Assembly: GCA_949299535.1 (NCBI GenBank)
Contig: CASGAQ010000001.1
Location: 3,886 to 67,885 of the forward strand
Length of the DNA: 64,000 bases
Origin: an uncultured Eubacteriales bacterium
GTDB taxonomy: Bacteria; Bacillota; Clostridia; Oscillospirales; CAG-272
Direction: 5' to 3'
Positions 28,263 through 38,084 of the stretch are shown piece after piece. The position numbers and the translations under genes are program-made. Every line of letters starts with the position of its first letter. The first letter of the stretch is position 1. The notes beneath the pieces were generated by a model. That model saw only the letters and a list, made by a program, of their open reading frames with translations, was not told the DNA's origin and made no database searches.

Positions 28263-29429
28263 ATGAAAGCAACATTCGAAAAAGAAGCACTGCTACTTGC
28301 CATAACGCGCTCACTTGGCTGCGTCGCGGAAAAGATGACAAGCGTTATAGAAGGCATATTCATAAATACGGTGGGAGATGACGGCTGCCAGATCTGCGCC
28401 TATGATATAGAAAAAGGTATAAAGATACAGATAAAAGCGACGGTACATGAACCCGGAAGTCTTGTTATCAACGGTGCAAAGCTCGCTTCCATCGTAAAAT
28501 ATATGCCCGCAGAGATAACGCTTGAAACAGGAGATAACAATATAGTGACAGTCTCCTCCGGACGTTCTAAATTCCAGCTCCACTTTATCCCCGGAAACGA
28601 ATTTCCCAAAATACCGGAATTTGCTCCCGAAAGACACTTCGAGCTTCCCCAGAGTATGCTCCGCAAAATAATAAATCAGACTTCTTTCGCAATTTCCCAC
28701 GACGAAACAAGACCTGCGCTCACCGGTCTTTATATAGAAATAAATTCAGATAAGATAAAAGCCGTTGCCTGCGACGGATTCCGTCTTGCAGTGCGCGAGA
28801 TACTCACCAAAACCGAGATCTATTCCAAAACGGGCGAGGAAGAGCTTTACTTCATCGTTCCCGGAAAAACAATAAACGAGCTTCTGCGCCTGCTTGATGA
28901 CAAAGACGAACCGATAAAATTCAGTCTTACCAGAAAACATATAATCTTCTCCCTCAAAATGAAATACGGCGCGGAAGAAAGAGATACGGTAATGTTCTCC
29001 CGCCTCGTAGACGCAAACTATATAGAATACGAAAGATTTTATCCGAAAGAATGTAAGACTTTCGTAACTGTAGAAAGAGACGCGCTTGAGGACACACTTG
29101 AACGCGCTTCACTTGTAACTGAGGACAGAATACAGGGTCAGGTAAAGAGCGCGGTAAAATTCAACTTTACTGACGGACTTCTCAACATCTCCGCCGTTTC
29201 GATAAACGGTAAATTTTTCGACGAGATACCGATAGAAAAAACAGGCGCAGACCTCGTTATCGGTTTTCCGTGCAAATATCTTATAGAAATACTCAGAAGC
29301 ACGGATCAGCCGAGAATAAAACTCTCCCTTACCTCCTCGCTCATGAGCATGGTGATAGAAGGCGAGAGCGAAAGCGGAGATTCAAAATTCCTTTACCTTG
29401 CACTGCCCGTGAAAATGAGAGAAAACTGA
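28263..29429 (+). CDS. dnaN: DNA polymerase III beta sliding clamp
   Basis: 388 aa in the conserved dnaA-dnaN order, with three-domain clamp-like sequence. Confidence 0.95.
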   Translation: MKATFEKEALLLAITRSLGCVAEKMTSVIEGIFINTVGDDGCQICAYDIEKGIKIQIKATVHEPGSLVINGAKLASIVKYMPAEITLETGDNNIVTVSSGRSKFQLHFIPGNEFPKIPEFAPERHFELPQSMLRKIINQTSFAISHDETRPALTGLYIEINSDKIKAVACDGFRLAVREILTKTEIYSKTGEEELYFIVPGKTINELLRLLDDKDEPIKFSLTRKHIIFSLKMKYGAEERDTVMFSRLVDANYIEYERFYPKECKTFVTVERDALEDTLERASLVTEDRIQGQVKSAVKFNFTDGLLNISAVSINGKFFDEIPIEKTGADLVIGFPCKYLIEILRSTDQPRIKLSLTSSLMSMVIEGESESGDSKFLYLALPVKMREN

Positions 29430-29433
29430 AATT

Positions 29434-30564
29434 ATGTATCTTGAAAGCGCTGTTTTTGAAAACTTCAGAAATATAGACAGTTTTAAATTCAAATTCGAAA
29501 AAGGTATAAACATCTTTTACGGAAACAATGCTCAGGGCAAAACAAATGTGCTTGAAGGCGTCTATCTTTTTGCAGGCGGAAAAAGCTTCCGCCATGCAAA
29601 GGAAAGAGATATGATATGCTTTGAAAAGGAAAACTCACGTCTTTCCCTCTCCTATATTACTCAGGAGAGAAAAAATAATATGGAAATACGCCTTTTTCGC
29701 GGACTTAAAAAGCAGATGTTCAAAAACGGCGTCAAAATTCCGAAGGCTTCCGAATTTATCGGAAATTTTAAGTCCGTGCTGTTCTTTCCGGATCACCTCG
29801 GAATAGTCAAAAACGAACCGTCCGTGCGCCGCGGCTTTATCGACGGCGCGATATCTCAGATAAGCAGACCGTATCTTGCTTCTCTTATGGAATACGGAAA
29901 GATACTTGAACAGCGAAACGCTCTGCTCAAAAATTATATGAACTGCGGCGCGTCGTTCGATATCACATTCTCGATAATATCGGAAAAGCTCTCCGTATGC
30001 TCCGCCTCCATCACCGCAATGCGGGCAGTTTACCTTGAAAGACTTTCTAAAATAGCAGATGTTTGTCTTAACGATATGACGGGAAGCTGTGAGAATATTT
30101 CTTTCAATTATATAACGAGCATAGGAGAAGGCGACGCGGCAGAGCTTTCGGACAGAGAATCGAATGAGAAAAAATACATAAAAGTTTTCAGCGAAAATGC
30201 CGAGAAAGAAAAAATAATGGGTGTGACTCTTTCAGGCCCTCATAAAGACGATTTTGAGATAAAACTGAACGGCAGGTCGGCAAAACTTTTTTGTTCGCAG
30301 GGACAACAAAGGAGTATAGCTCTTGCAATGAAGCTTGCCGAAGGTGAGATAGCAAGAGAACAAAGCGGAGAAATTCCCGTATTTCTTTTCGATGATGTTC
30401 TTTCTGAACTTGACTCCGAAAGAAAAAAATATATACTTTCAAGCCTTACGGACAGACAGGTAATAATAACTTCGTGCGCGGAGAGTGATTTCGATAATTT
30501 TATAAAAGGCTCTGATTCGGCTCAGAAGATATACGTTGAAAACGGAAGCTTTTCTTACCGATAA
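29434..30564 (+). CDS. recF: DNA replication/repair protein RecF
   Basis: 376 aa. Walker A GNNAQGKTNVLE, the signature motif SQGQQRS and Walker B FLFDDVLSELD. Confidence 0.95.
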   Translation: MYLESAVFENFRNIDSFKFKFEKGINIFYGNNAQGKTNVLEGVYLFAGGKSFRHAKERDMICFEKENSRLSLSYITQERKNNMEIRLFRGLKKQMFKNGVKIPKASEFIGNFKSVLFFPDHLGIVKNEPSVRRGFIDGAISQISRPYLASLMEYGKILEQRNALLKNYMNCGASFDITFSIISEKLSVCSASITAMRAVYLERLSKIADVCLNDMTGSCENISFNYITSIGEGDAAELSDRESNEKKYIKVFSENAEKEKIMGVTLSGPHKDDFEIKLNGRSAKLFCSQGQQRSIALAMKLAEGEIAREQSGEIPVFLFDDVLSELDSERKKYILSSLTDRQVIITSCAESDFDNFIKGSDSAQKIYVENGSFSYR

Positions 30565-30573
30565 AAGAGAAAC

Positions 30574-30640
30574 GGGGGGATTTCGTCCTCCGCAGAGGAC
30601 GAGGAACCTTTTGAAAAAGGTTCCATCGAAAACTTTTACT
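30574..30640 (+). repeat. Structured 3' element after recF (dispersed repeat family member)
   Basis: GGGGATTTCG, then hairpin TCCTC-cgca-GAGGA, then the perfect palindrome GGAACCTTTTGAAAAAGGTTCC, then CATCGAAAACTTTTACTC. It starts 10 nt after the recF stop. Confidence 0.6.
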
Positions 30641-30739
30641 CAAAATGAAGTCATAGTTTAAATTGAAGCAATACCAATCAGATTTATATTTTTATATATT
30701 ATTTTATTTTTATTAAAGTTCTTTATTAAAGTTCTTTGG

Positions 30740-30765
30740 CCTACCTTTCTTGAAAGAAAGGTAGG
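30740..30765 (+). repeat. Perfect 26-bp palindrome of the same family core
   Basis: CCTACCTTTCTTGAAAGAAAGGTAGG. It is preceded by a 13-bp tandem duplication, ATTAAAGTTCTTT x2, at 30712-30737. Confidence 0.7.
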
Positions 30766-30790
30766 AGAAAGGTAACAGATATAAAAAATT

Positions 30791-31051
30791 ATGTATCTTC
30801 ACATAGGCAACAACAAGATAATAAGAACAAAAGACGTTATAGGGATATTTGACGCAGATACTGCGACGGTATCGAAGATTACGCGCGCATATCTTTCTCA
30901 AAAAGAGAAAAGCGGTCTGCTCACAACGGCGACTGAAGAGGTGCCGAGATCTTTTGTTCTTTACGGAAAAAAAAACAACGAAAAAATTTGTTTTTCGCTT
31001 CTTTCGGCAAAAACGCTTGCCCACAGAAACGAAGCCGAAAACGAAAAATAA
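30791..31051 (+). CDS. DUF370 domain protein (YaaB/RemB-like), conserved between recF and gyrB
   Basis: 86 aa. Contains MYLHIGNNKIIRTKDVIGIFD. The synteny recF-yaaB-gyrB matches Bacillus. Confidence 0.8.
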   Translation: MYLHIGNNKIIRTKDVIGIFDADTATVSKITRAYLSQKEKSGLLTTATEEVPRSFVLYGKKNNEKICFSLLSAKTLAHRNEAENEK

Positions 31052-31082
31052 AAGATCGAAGACTTTGAGCTTGATTTTTTGA

Positions 31083-33011
<1,929 letters not shown>

Positions 33012-33014
33012 TGA

Positions 33015-35555
33015 ATGGACGGTACAAAAATGGAACATAAAGACATATCATATCAAAATCAGAAGATAGTCGACATACCTATGGAGAAGCGCGTAAAGAC
33101 CGCGTTTATAGAATATGCCATGAGCGTTATCGTCGCCAGAGCACTGCCCGACGTGCGCGACGGTCTGAAACCCGTACACCGCAGGATACTCTATGCGATG
33201 TACGAAGACAAGCTGACATATGACCGCCCGTTCTGCAAGTCCGCAACGACGGTCGGAAACGTTCTCGGACGCTATCATCCTCACGGCGACGCCGCAGTTT
33301 ACGATTCCATGGTAAGACTTGCACAGCCTTTCAATATGCGCTATCCGCTTATCGAAGGACACGGAAACTTCGGTAACGTGGACGGCGACGGCGCCGCTGC
33401 ATACCGTTACACGGAAGCGCGCATGAGCAAAATAGCAAATGCAATGCTCACCGACATAGAAAAGAACGTAGTTCCCTTCTCTCCCAACTTCGACAACAGA
33501 CTCCGCGAGCCTGACGTTCTTCCTGCACGTTTCCCTAATCTTCTGGTAAACGGCTCCGTCGGTATTGCCGTCGGAATGGCTACAAATATCCCTCCCCACA
33601 ACCTCGGAGAGGTCATAGACGGTACTCTCTACCTCATAAAAAATCCGGAAGCAAGCATTGCCGACCTTATGACGTTCATAAAGGGACCTGATTTTCCGAC
33701 GAACGGCATAATCTGCGGCACATCTGGAATATATAATGCTTACAGAACGGGACGAGGAAGAGTCATAGTCCGCGCCCGTGCGGCGGTAGAGGAGGAAAAA
33801 CACCGTATAGTCATAACGGAGATACCTTATCAGGTAAACAAGAGTATGCTCGTAGAGAGCATGGCAAATCTCGTAAAAGACAAAAAGATAGAAGGCATAA
33901 CCGCCATACGCGACGAATCCGGCAAGGCGGGAATGAAGATAGTCGTTGAATATCGCAGGGACGCCAACGGCGCCGTGATACTTAACCAGCTTTACAAATA
34001 TACTCAGCTTCAGGACACCTGCGCCGTTAATATGATAGCTCTTGTAAACGGAGAGCCGAAGCTTCTGGGGCTTAAGGAAATACTTAAACATTATATAAAA
34101 CATCAGGAAAATGTTATCCGCCACAGAACGGAGTTCGACCTTGAAAAGACAAAAGCGCGCGTCCACATACTCGAAGGACTCAAAATAGCCATAGACAATA
34201 TTGATGAAGTTATAAAAACCATTCGCGCTTCCGCTTCCGTTACAGAGGCAAGGGACGCCTTGGTTTCACGTTTCACTCTGACACAGATACAGGCTCAAGC
34301 TATTGTAGATATGACTCTGGGCAAGCTTTCCGGTCTTGAGAGAATAAAAGTAGAGGAAGAATACGCCTCCAAGATAGAGCTCATAAAAGAACTTGAGGAG
34401 ATACTTGCAAACGAAGACAGACTTCTTGAGATAGTTTCCGATGAATTAAGAGAAATAAAAGAAAAATTCTCCGACGGCAGACGCACGGAAATATCCGGCG
34501 CAATTGACGACATAATAGACGAAGACCTTATCGAAAAAGAGGAATGCGTGGTTACAATAACCCGCGACGGATATATCAAGCGTTCCTCTGCGTCCGTTTA
34601 TTCCTCTCAGCGCAGAGGCGGCAGAGGCATAAGGGGAATGAAGATAAAAGAGGACGACTTTGTTGACGATATCATTATAGTGAATTCTCACAGCTACCTG
34701 CTTATGTTCACGGACAACGGCAAGGTTTACATGAAGAAAGTATATCAGATACCGGAAGCTTCCAATATTTCCAAAGGAACGAATCTTGTCAATCTTATTG
34801 AACTTGACAAGAATGAAAAGGTGACGTCGGTCATCGCCGTAAACGGATTTGACGAAAACGAATACTTTGTAATGGTGACGCATAACGGCGTCGTCAAGCG
34901 CGCAAACGTCAAAGATTTTGAGTTCCAGCGCAAGGGCGGAAAGATAGCCATAAACCTTGATGAGGGGGACAAACTTGAATTTGTCGAGCATACCACGGGC
35001 GAAAATGATATCGTTATTGCCACACGAGAAGGAAAAGCTGTCCGTTTCAGTGAAAAAGAGGCAAGAGTCATGGGGCGTGCGGCGCGCGGTGTGCGCGGCA
35101 TAAAGCTCAAAGAGGGCGACTATGTAGTCGGCGCGGCTATCGTCGACGAAGAAAAGATGATGCTTACCGTAACTGAAAAAGGCTACGGAAAGAGAAACAG
35201 CTTTGACGGATATACGGCTCACAGCCGCGGCACGTCAGGCGTGCTCTGCCACAAGCTCACGGAAAAGACGGGTAAACTCGCAGGTATTGCCGCAGTTTCC
35301 GAGGACGACGATATAATGGTTATAACAAACGAGGGTATAATCATACGAATGCCTGTTTCGGACGTCAATATTTATGACGGCAATTCCACTGTCGGCGTCC
35401 GCGTGATGAGACTTGAGGGAGAAGCGGTAATAGTAAACTTTGCCGCAACGAAATCGGAAGAAAAAGAGGAAGAAGAACTGCAAGCCGCAATAGAGGAAAA
35501 CGAAAAAGCGGAAGCAGAAGATTTTTCTCAGCCCGACGGCGACAGTGATATTTAA
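33015..35555 (+). CDS. gyrA: DNA gyrase subunit A
   Basis: 846 aa. Contains ARALPDVRDGLKPVHRRILY, with the active-site region AAAYRYTEARM, a beta-pinwheel CTD and an acidic tail. An alternative start is the ATG at 33030. Confidence 0.98.
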   Translation: MDGTKMEHKDISYQNQKIVDIPMEKRVKTAFIEYAMSVIVARALPDVRDGLKPVHRRILYAMYEDKLTYDRPFCKSATTVGNVLGRYHPHGDAAVYDSMVRLAQPFNMRYPLIEGHGNFGNVDGDGAAAYRYTEARMSKIANAMLTDIEKNVVPFSPNFDNRLREPDVLPARFPNLLVNGSVGIAVGMATNIPPHNLGEVIDGTLYLIKNPEASIADLMTFIKGPDFPTNGIICGTSGIYNAYRTGRGRVIVRARAAVEEEKHRIVITEIPYQVNKSMLVESMANLVKDKKIEGITAIRDESGKAGMKIVVEYRRDANGAVILNQLYKYTQLQDTCAVNMIALVNGEPKLLGLKEILKHYIKHQENVIRHRTEFDLEKTKARVHILEGLKIAIDNIDEVIKTIRASASVTEARDALVSRFTLTQIQAQAIVDMTLGKLSGLERIKVEEEYASKIELIKELEEILANEDRLLEIVSDELREIKEKFSDGRRTEISGAIDDIIDEDLIEKEECVVTITRDGYIKRSSASVYSSQRRGGRGIRGMKIKEDDFVDDIIIVNSHSYLLMFTDNGKVYMKKVYQIPEASNISKGTNLVNLIELDKNEKVTSVIAVNGFDENEYFVMVTHNGVVKRANVKDFEFQRKGGKIAINLDEGDKLEFVEHTTGENDIVIATREGKAVRFSEKEARVMGRAARGVRGIKLKEGDYVVGAAIVDEEKMMLTVTEKGYGKRNSFDGYTAHSRGTSGVLCHKLTEKTGKLAGIAAVSEDDDIMVITNEGIIIRMPVSDVNIYDGNSTVGVRVMRLEGEAVIVNFAATKSEEKEEEELQAAIEENEKAEAEDFSQPDGDSDI

Positions 35556-35614
35556 ATACGAAGTACAAAAAATTTTACTTTTAGTTTTATAATACACAAA
35601 ATTAAGGAGCAGAT

Positions 35615-36787
35615 ATGGCAACAAAATCAGCAAAGAAAAAAGCAGTCCTTTCCACCTCTCCCATGGACGCGGAGGAAAAGAAAAAAGCGCTTGCCACGGC
35701 ACTTGCACAAATAGAAAAAGACTTCGGCAAAGGCACGATAATGAAACTTGGCGACAACGCGCGCATGAACGTGCAGAGCATACCCACGGGTTCGCTCACG
35801 CTTGACCTTGCGCTCGGAATCGGAGGTGTGCCGCGCGGCAGAATAGTGGAGATATTCGGGCCGGAATCTTCCGGTAAGACAACCGTTGCGCTTCACATAG
35901 CGGCGGAGGTACAGAAGATGGGCGGAGAAGCCGCTTTTATCGACGCGGAACACGCGCTTGATCCCGTTTATGCGAAAGCTTTGGGTGTTGATATAGACAG
36001 ACTTCTCGTTTCTCAGCCCGACAGCGGCGAGCAGGCTCTTGAAATAACGGAAGCCCTTGTTCGCTCCGGCGCCGTCGATGTTATAGTTGTAGACTCCGTT
36101 GCGGCTCTTGTACCTCAGCAGGAGATAGACGGCGTTATGGGTTCTTCTCACGTGGGACTTCAGGCGCGTCTTATGTCGCAGGCTCTGCGTAAGCTTTCAG
36201 GTTCCATCTCGAAGACAAACAGCGTAGTTATCTTCATAAACCAGCTACGCGAAAAGGTCGGTGTAATGTACGGAAATCCCGAAACGACTCCCGGCGGCCG
36301 CGCGCTTAAATTCTATTCCTCCGTCCGCATAGACGTCCGCAAGACGGAATCGCTCAAGCAGGGCGGCGAAGTATACGGCAACAGAGTAAAATGCAAGGTA
36401 GTCAAGAATAAAGTTGCGCCTCCTTTCAAAATGGCGGAATTTGATATAATTTACGGCAAAGGAATATCAAAATCAGGCGAGATAGTGGACATAGGCATAG
36501 ATCTGGGAATCGTTCAGAAAAGCGGCTCATGGTTCTCATACAACGGTGAGCGGATAGGCCAGGGCAAGGAAAACGCTAAAAGCTTCATAGAGTCGAATCC
36601 TGCGCTGCTTTCGGAGATAGAGGAAAAAATAAAGGAGCAGAAAGACAAGATAGACCTTGCGGCAGGCGACGCATATTCGCTTGACGAGGACGGCGAGCAG
36701 GACGAGCTTGACGAAGATTTTGAAATGGAAGGCGAAGAAAAGGACGAGCTTGACCTTCACATACTTGACGTTTCCGCAGACGACTGA
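35615..36787 (+). CDS. recA: Recombinase RecA (with a long acidic C-terminal tail)
   Basis: 390 aa. Contains Walker [10 protein letters not shown] and [10 protein letters not shown]. The tail is ..[24 protein letters not shown]. Confidence 0.98.
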   Translation: MATKSAKKKAVLSTSPMDAEEKKKALATALAQIEKDFGKGTIMKLGDNARMNVQSIPTGSLTLDLALGIGGVPRGRIVEIFGPESSGKTTVALHIAAEVQKMGGEAAFIDAEHALDPVYAKALGVDIDRLLVSQPDSGEQALEITEALVRSGAVDVIVVDSVAALVPQQEIDGVMGSSHVGLQARLMSQALRKLSGSISKTNSVVIFINQLREKVGVMYGNPETTPGGRALKFYSSVRIDVRKTESLKQGGEVYGNRVKCKVVKNKVAPPFKMAEFDIIYGKGISKSGEIVDIGIDLGIVQKSGSWFSYNGERIGQGKENAKSFIESNPALLSEIEEKIKEQKDKIDLAAGDAYSLDEDGEQDELDEDFEMEGEEKDELDLHILDVSADD

Positions 36788-36792
36788 AACAG

Positions 36793-37440
36793 ATGAAGAT
36801 AACTCTTTATGAGGTGAATCCCGTTTCAGGCGGAGAGGAAGCGGAGCTTTGCTTTGAGATATCCGACGGCGAGAAATGTGAGAGAAGAAAGCTCACGATA
36901 ACTGCTCAAATGCTTTTCGAACTGGGTTTTCCACATAAAAAATGTGGAAAAGTTGAAATCTCATGTGGAAAATTCGATGAGATAGTATTTTTGGCGGAAA
37001 AAACGTCGGCTATCAAGAGGGGAGCGTATATCCTTTCATTTGCGGACAACACGAAAAAAAGTCTTATAAGAAAGCTGATATCAAAGGGCTTTTCCAAGGA
37101 AGTGTCCGAGGCGGCGGCAGATCATCTTGCGGAGAACGGGTATATAAACGAGTATGATTCCGCAAAAGCTTTTGCCCTTGACATGGCAGAGAAAAAGCTC
37201 TACGGCGCAAGAAGGATAGTATCGGCTCTTTTTGCCAAAGGTTTTCCACATGAGTGTGCACAAAAAGCAGTAAACTCTCTTGATGTGGATTTTGCTTCTC
37301 TTTGCAGAAAGAGGATAGACTTGATGGGCGGAGTCGGGATATTTTCCGACAAAAGCTCAAGACAAAAGGCCGTTTCGTCTCTTTTGAGGTACGGTTTTTC
37401 CTATGATGAAATAAAGGAAGCTTTAAAAATCAAGCATTGA
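36793..37440 (+). CDS. recX: Recombination regulator RecX
   Basis: 215 aa directly downstream of recA. Helical repeats with SKGFSKEV / AKGFPHEC motifs are typical of RecX. Confidence 0.8.
   Translation: MKITLYEVNPVSGGEEAELCFEISDGEKCERRKLTITAQMLFELGFPHKKCGKVEISCGKFDEIVFLAEKTSAIKRGAYILSFADNTKKSLIRKLISKGFSKEVSEAAADHLAENGYINEYDSAKAFALDMAEKKLYGARRIVSALFAKGFPHECAQKAVNSLDVDFASLCRKRIDLMGGVGIFSDKSSRQKAVSSLLRYGFSYDEIKEALKIKH
36927..37250. promoter_or_regulatory. Intragenic DnaA-box cluster (4 perfect copies of the oriC box variant) inside recX
   Basis: Copies: TTTTCCACA at 36927-36935, TGTGGAAAA at 36943-36951, TGTGGAAAA at 36964-36972 and TTTTCCACA at 37242-37250. The first two form an inverted pair with a 7-bp spacer. 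Confidence 0.5.
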
Positions 37441-37464
37441 AATTAAATAATCTGCAAAAAATAA

Positions 37465-37484
37465 GAGCGCGGTATACCGCGCTC
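37465..37484. terminator. GC-rich hairpin after recX; the U-run is on the minus-strand side
   Basis: GAGCGCGG-tata-CCGCGCTC. The plus strand has AAAAAATAA before it and no T-run after it. The minus strand reads hairpin + TTATTTTTT. Confidence 0.6.
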
Positions 37485-37588
37485 TCAGTCTACTGACAAA
37501 TCCGTTTTAAAAAGCTGTCATGTCACCCGGCAAATTTTAAAAATCTGACATCAGCTTTTTATTTGCGCCTGAATGGTCAAATAAAAAG

Positions 37589-37710
37589 CTTGGCAAAAAG
37601 AAATTGCCGGAAGGGAGTTTTGCCGACTGCGGTCGGCGACGAGAGTTACGCACTCTCGACCGCGCCGCCTTTTGAAAAAGGCGGACAAAAACTTTCCGTC
37701 ATTTTGCCAG
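37589..37710 (+). repeat. Largest copy of the structured repeat family
   Basis: CTTGGCAAAAAG..GGGAGTTTTG, then hairpin CCGAC-tgc-GGTCGG, then hairpin GAGAG-ttacgca-CTCTC, then the palindrome CCGCCTTTTGAAAAAGGCGG, then ACAAAAACTTTCC..TTTTGCCAG. The outer flanks are complementary. Confidence 0.6.
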
Positions 37711-37743
37711 CCCATTACATTGTCAGCAAACTAAAGAAAAAAA

Positions 37744-37759
37744 GCGCCCGAAGGGGTGC
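37744..37759 (-). terminator. Minus-oriented intrinsic terminator inside the ORF-free region
   Basis: The minus strand reads GCACCCC-ttcg-GGGCGC followed by TTTTTTTC. No annotated gene ends here. Confidence 0.4.
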
Positions 37760-38056
37760 CTTCCATAAAGCAGGTTTTACCTGCCGAAAGACAAAAGGAG
37801 TATGAGAATTTTGTTCGTACTCCTTTTGCTTACTGTCGGGTAGTAGCATAATAGCCTTCCTCCGGGAGGAAGGTGGCATGCGAAGCGTGACGGAAGGAGC
37901 CCGCGTGACTTTAGTTTTTAACAAATTTTATCGCAACGCGCTCTCCCTCACCCGACTTCGTCGGGAGCTCCCTCCCGGAGGGAGCCTTTCTTTTATGTTC
38001 ATCTATACCTTGTCAATTTTCCTGACAAGCACTGCTTTTGTGGACACAAAATCGAA

Positions 38057-38075
38057 GCCCCGCACGAGGCGGGGC
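38057..38075 (-). terminator. Intrinsic terminator of the XRE-TPR regulator gene
   Basis: The minus strand reads GCCCCGCC-tcg-TGCGGGGC followed by TTCGATTTT, starting 10 nt after the stop. Confidence 0.7.
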
Positions 38076-38084
38076 AAGAATAAC

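Noticed and set aside
27795-28363. ORFs 27795..28115 (+, 106 aa) and 27989..28363 (-, 124 aa) in the dnaA-dnaN spacer
   Set aside because: They lie across the DnaA-box and AT-rich oriC region, have no RBS, and give Phe/Lys-rich low-complexity translations.
37563-37924. Track ORFs 37563..37805 (+, 80 aa) and 37715..37924 (-, 69 aa) as protein genes
   Set aside because: Both are built from back-to-back palindromes and terminator hairpins. They are basic low-complexity translations, they overlap each other, and the + ORF has no RBS.
37486-38084. Known housekeeping RNA (RNase P RNA, 6S, tmRNA, SRP RNA) or group II intron remnant
   Set aside because: Only short chance-level resemblances were seen. 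The minus strand reads AAAGUC..CGGGCUCC and GGGUGAGGGAGAGCGCG, but these are in the wrong order for RNase P. There is no tRNA-like end or tag ORF for tmRNA. There is no long closing helix for 6S. No GUGYG 5' end or domain V consensus is present. I cannot run cmscan, so this stays unassigned.
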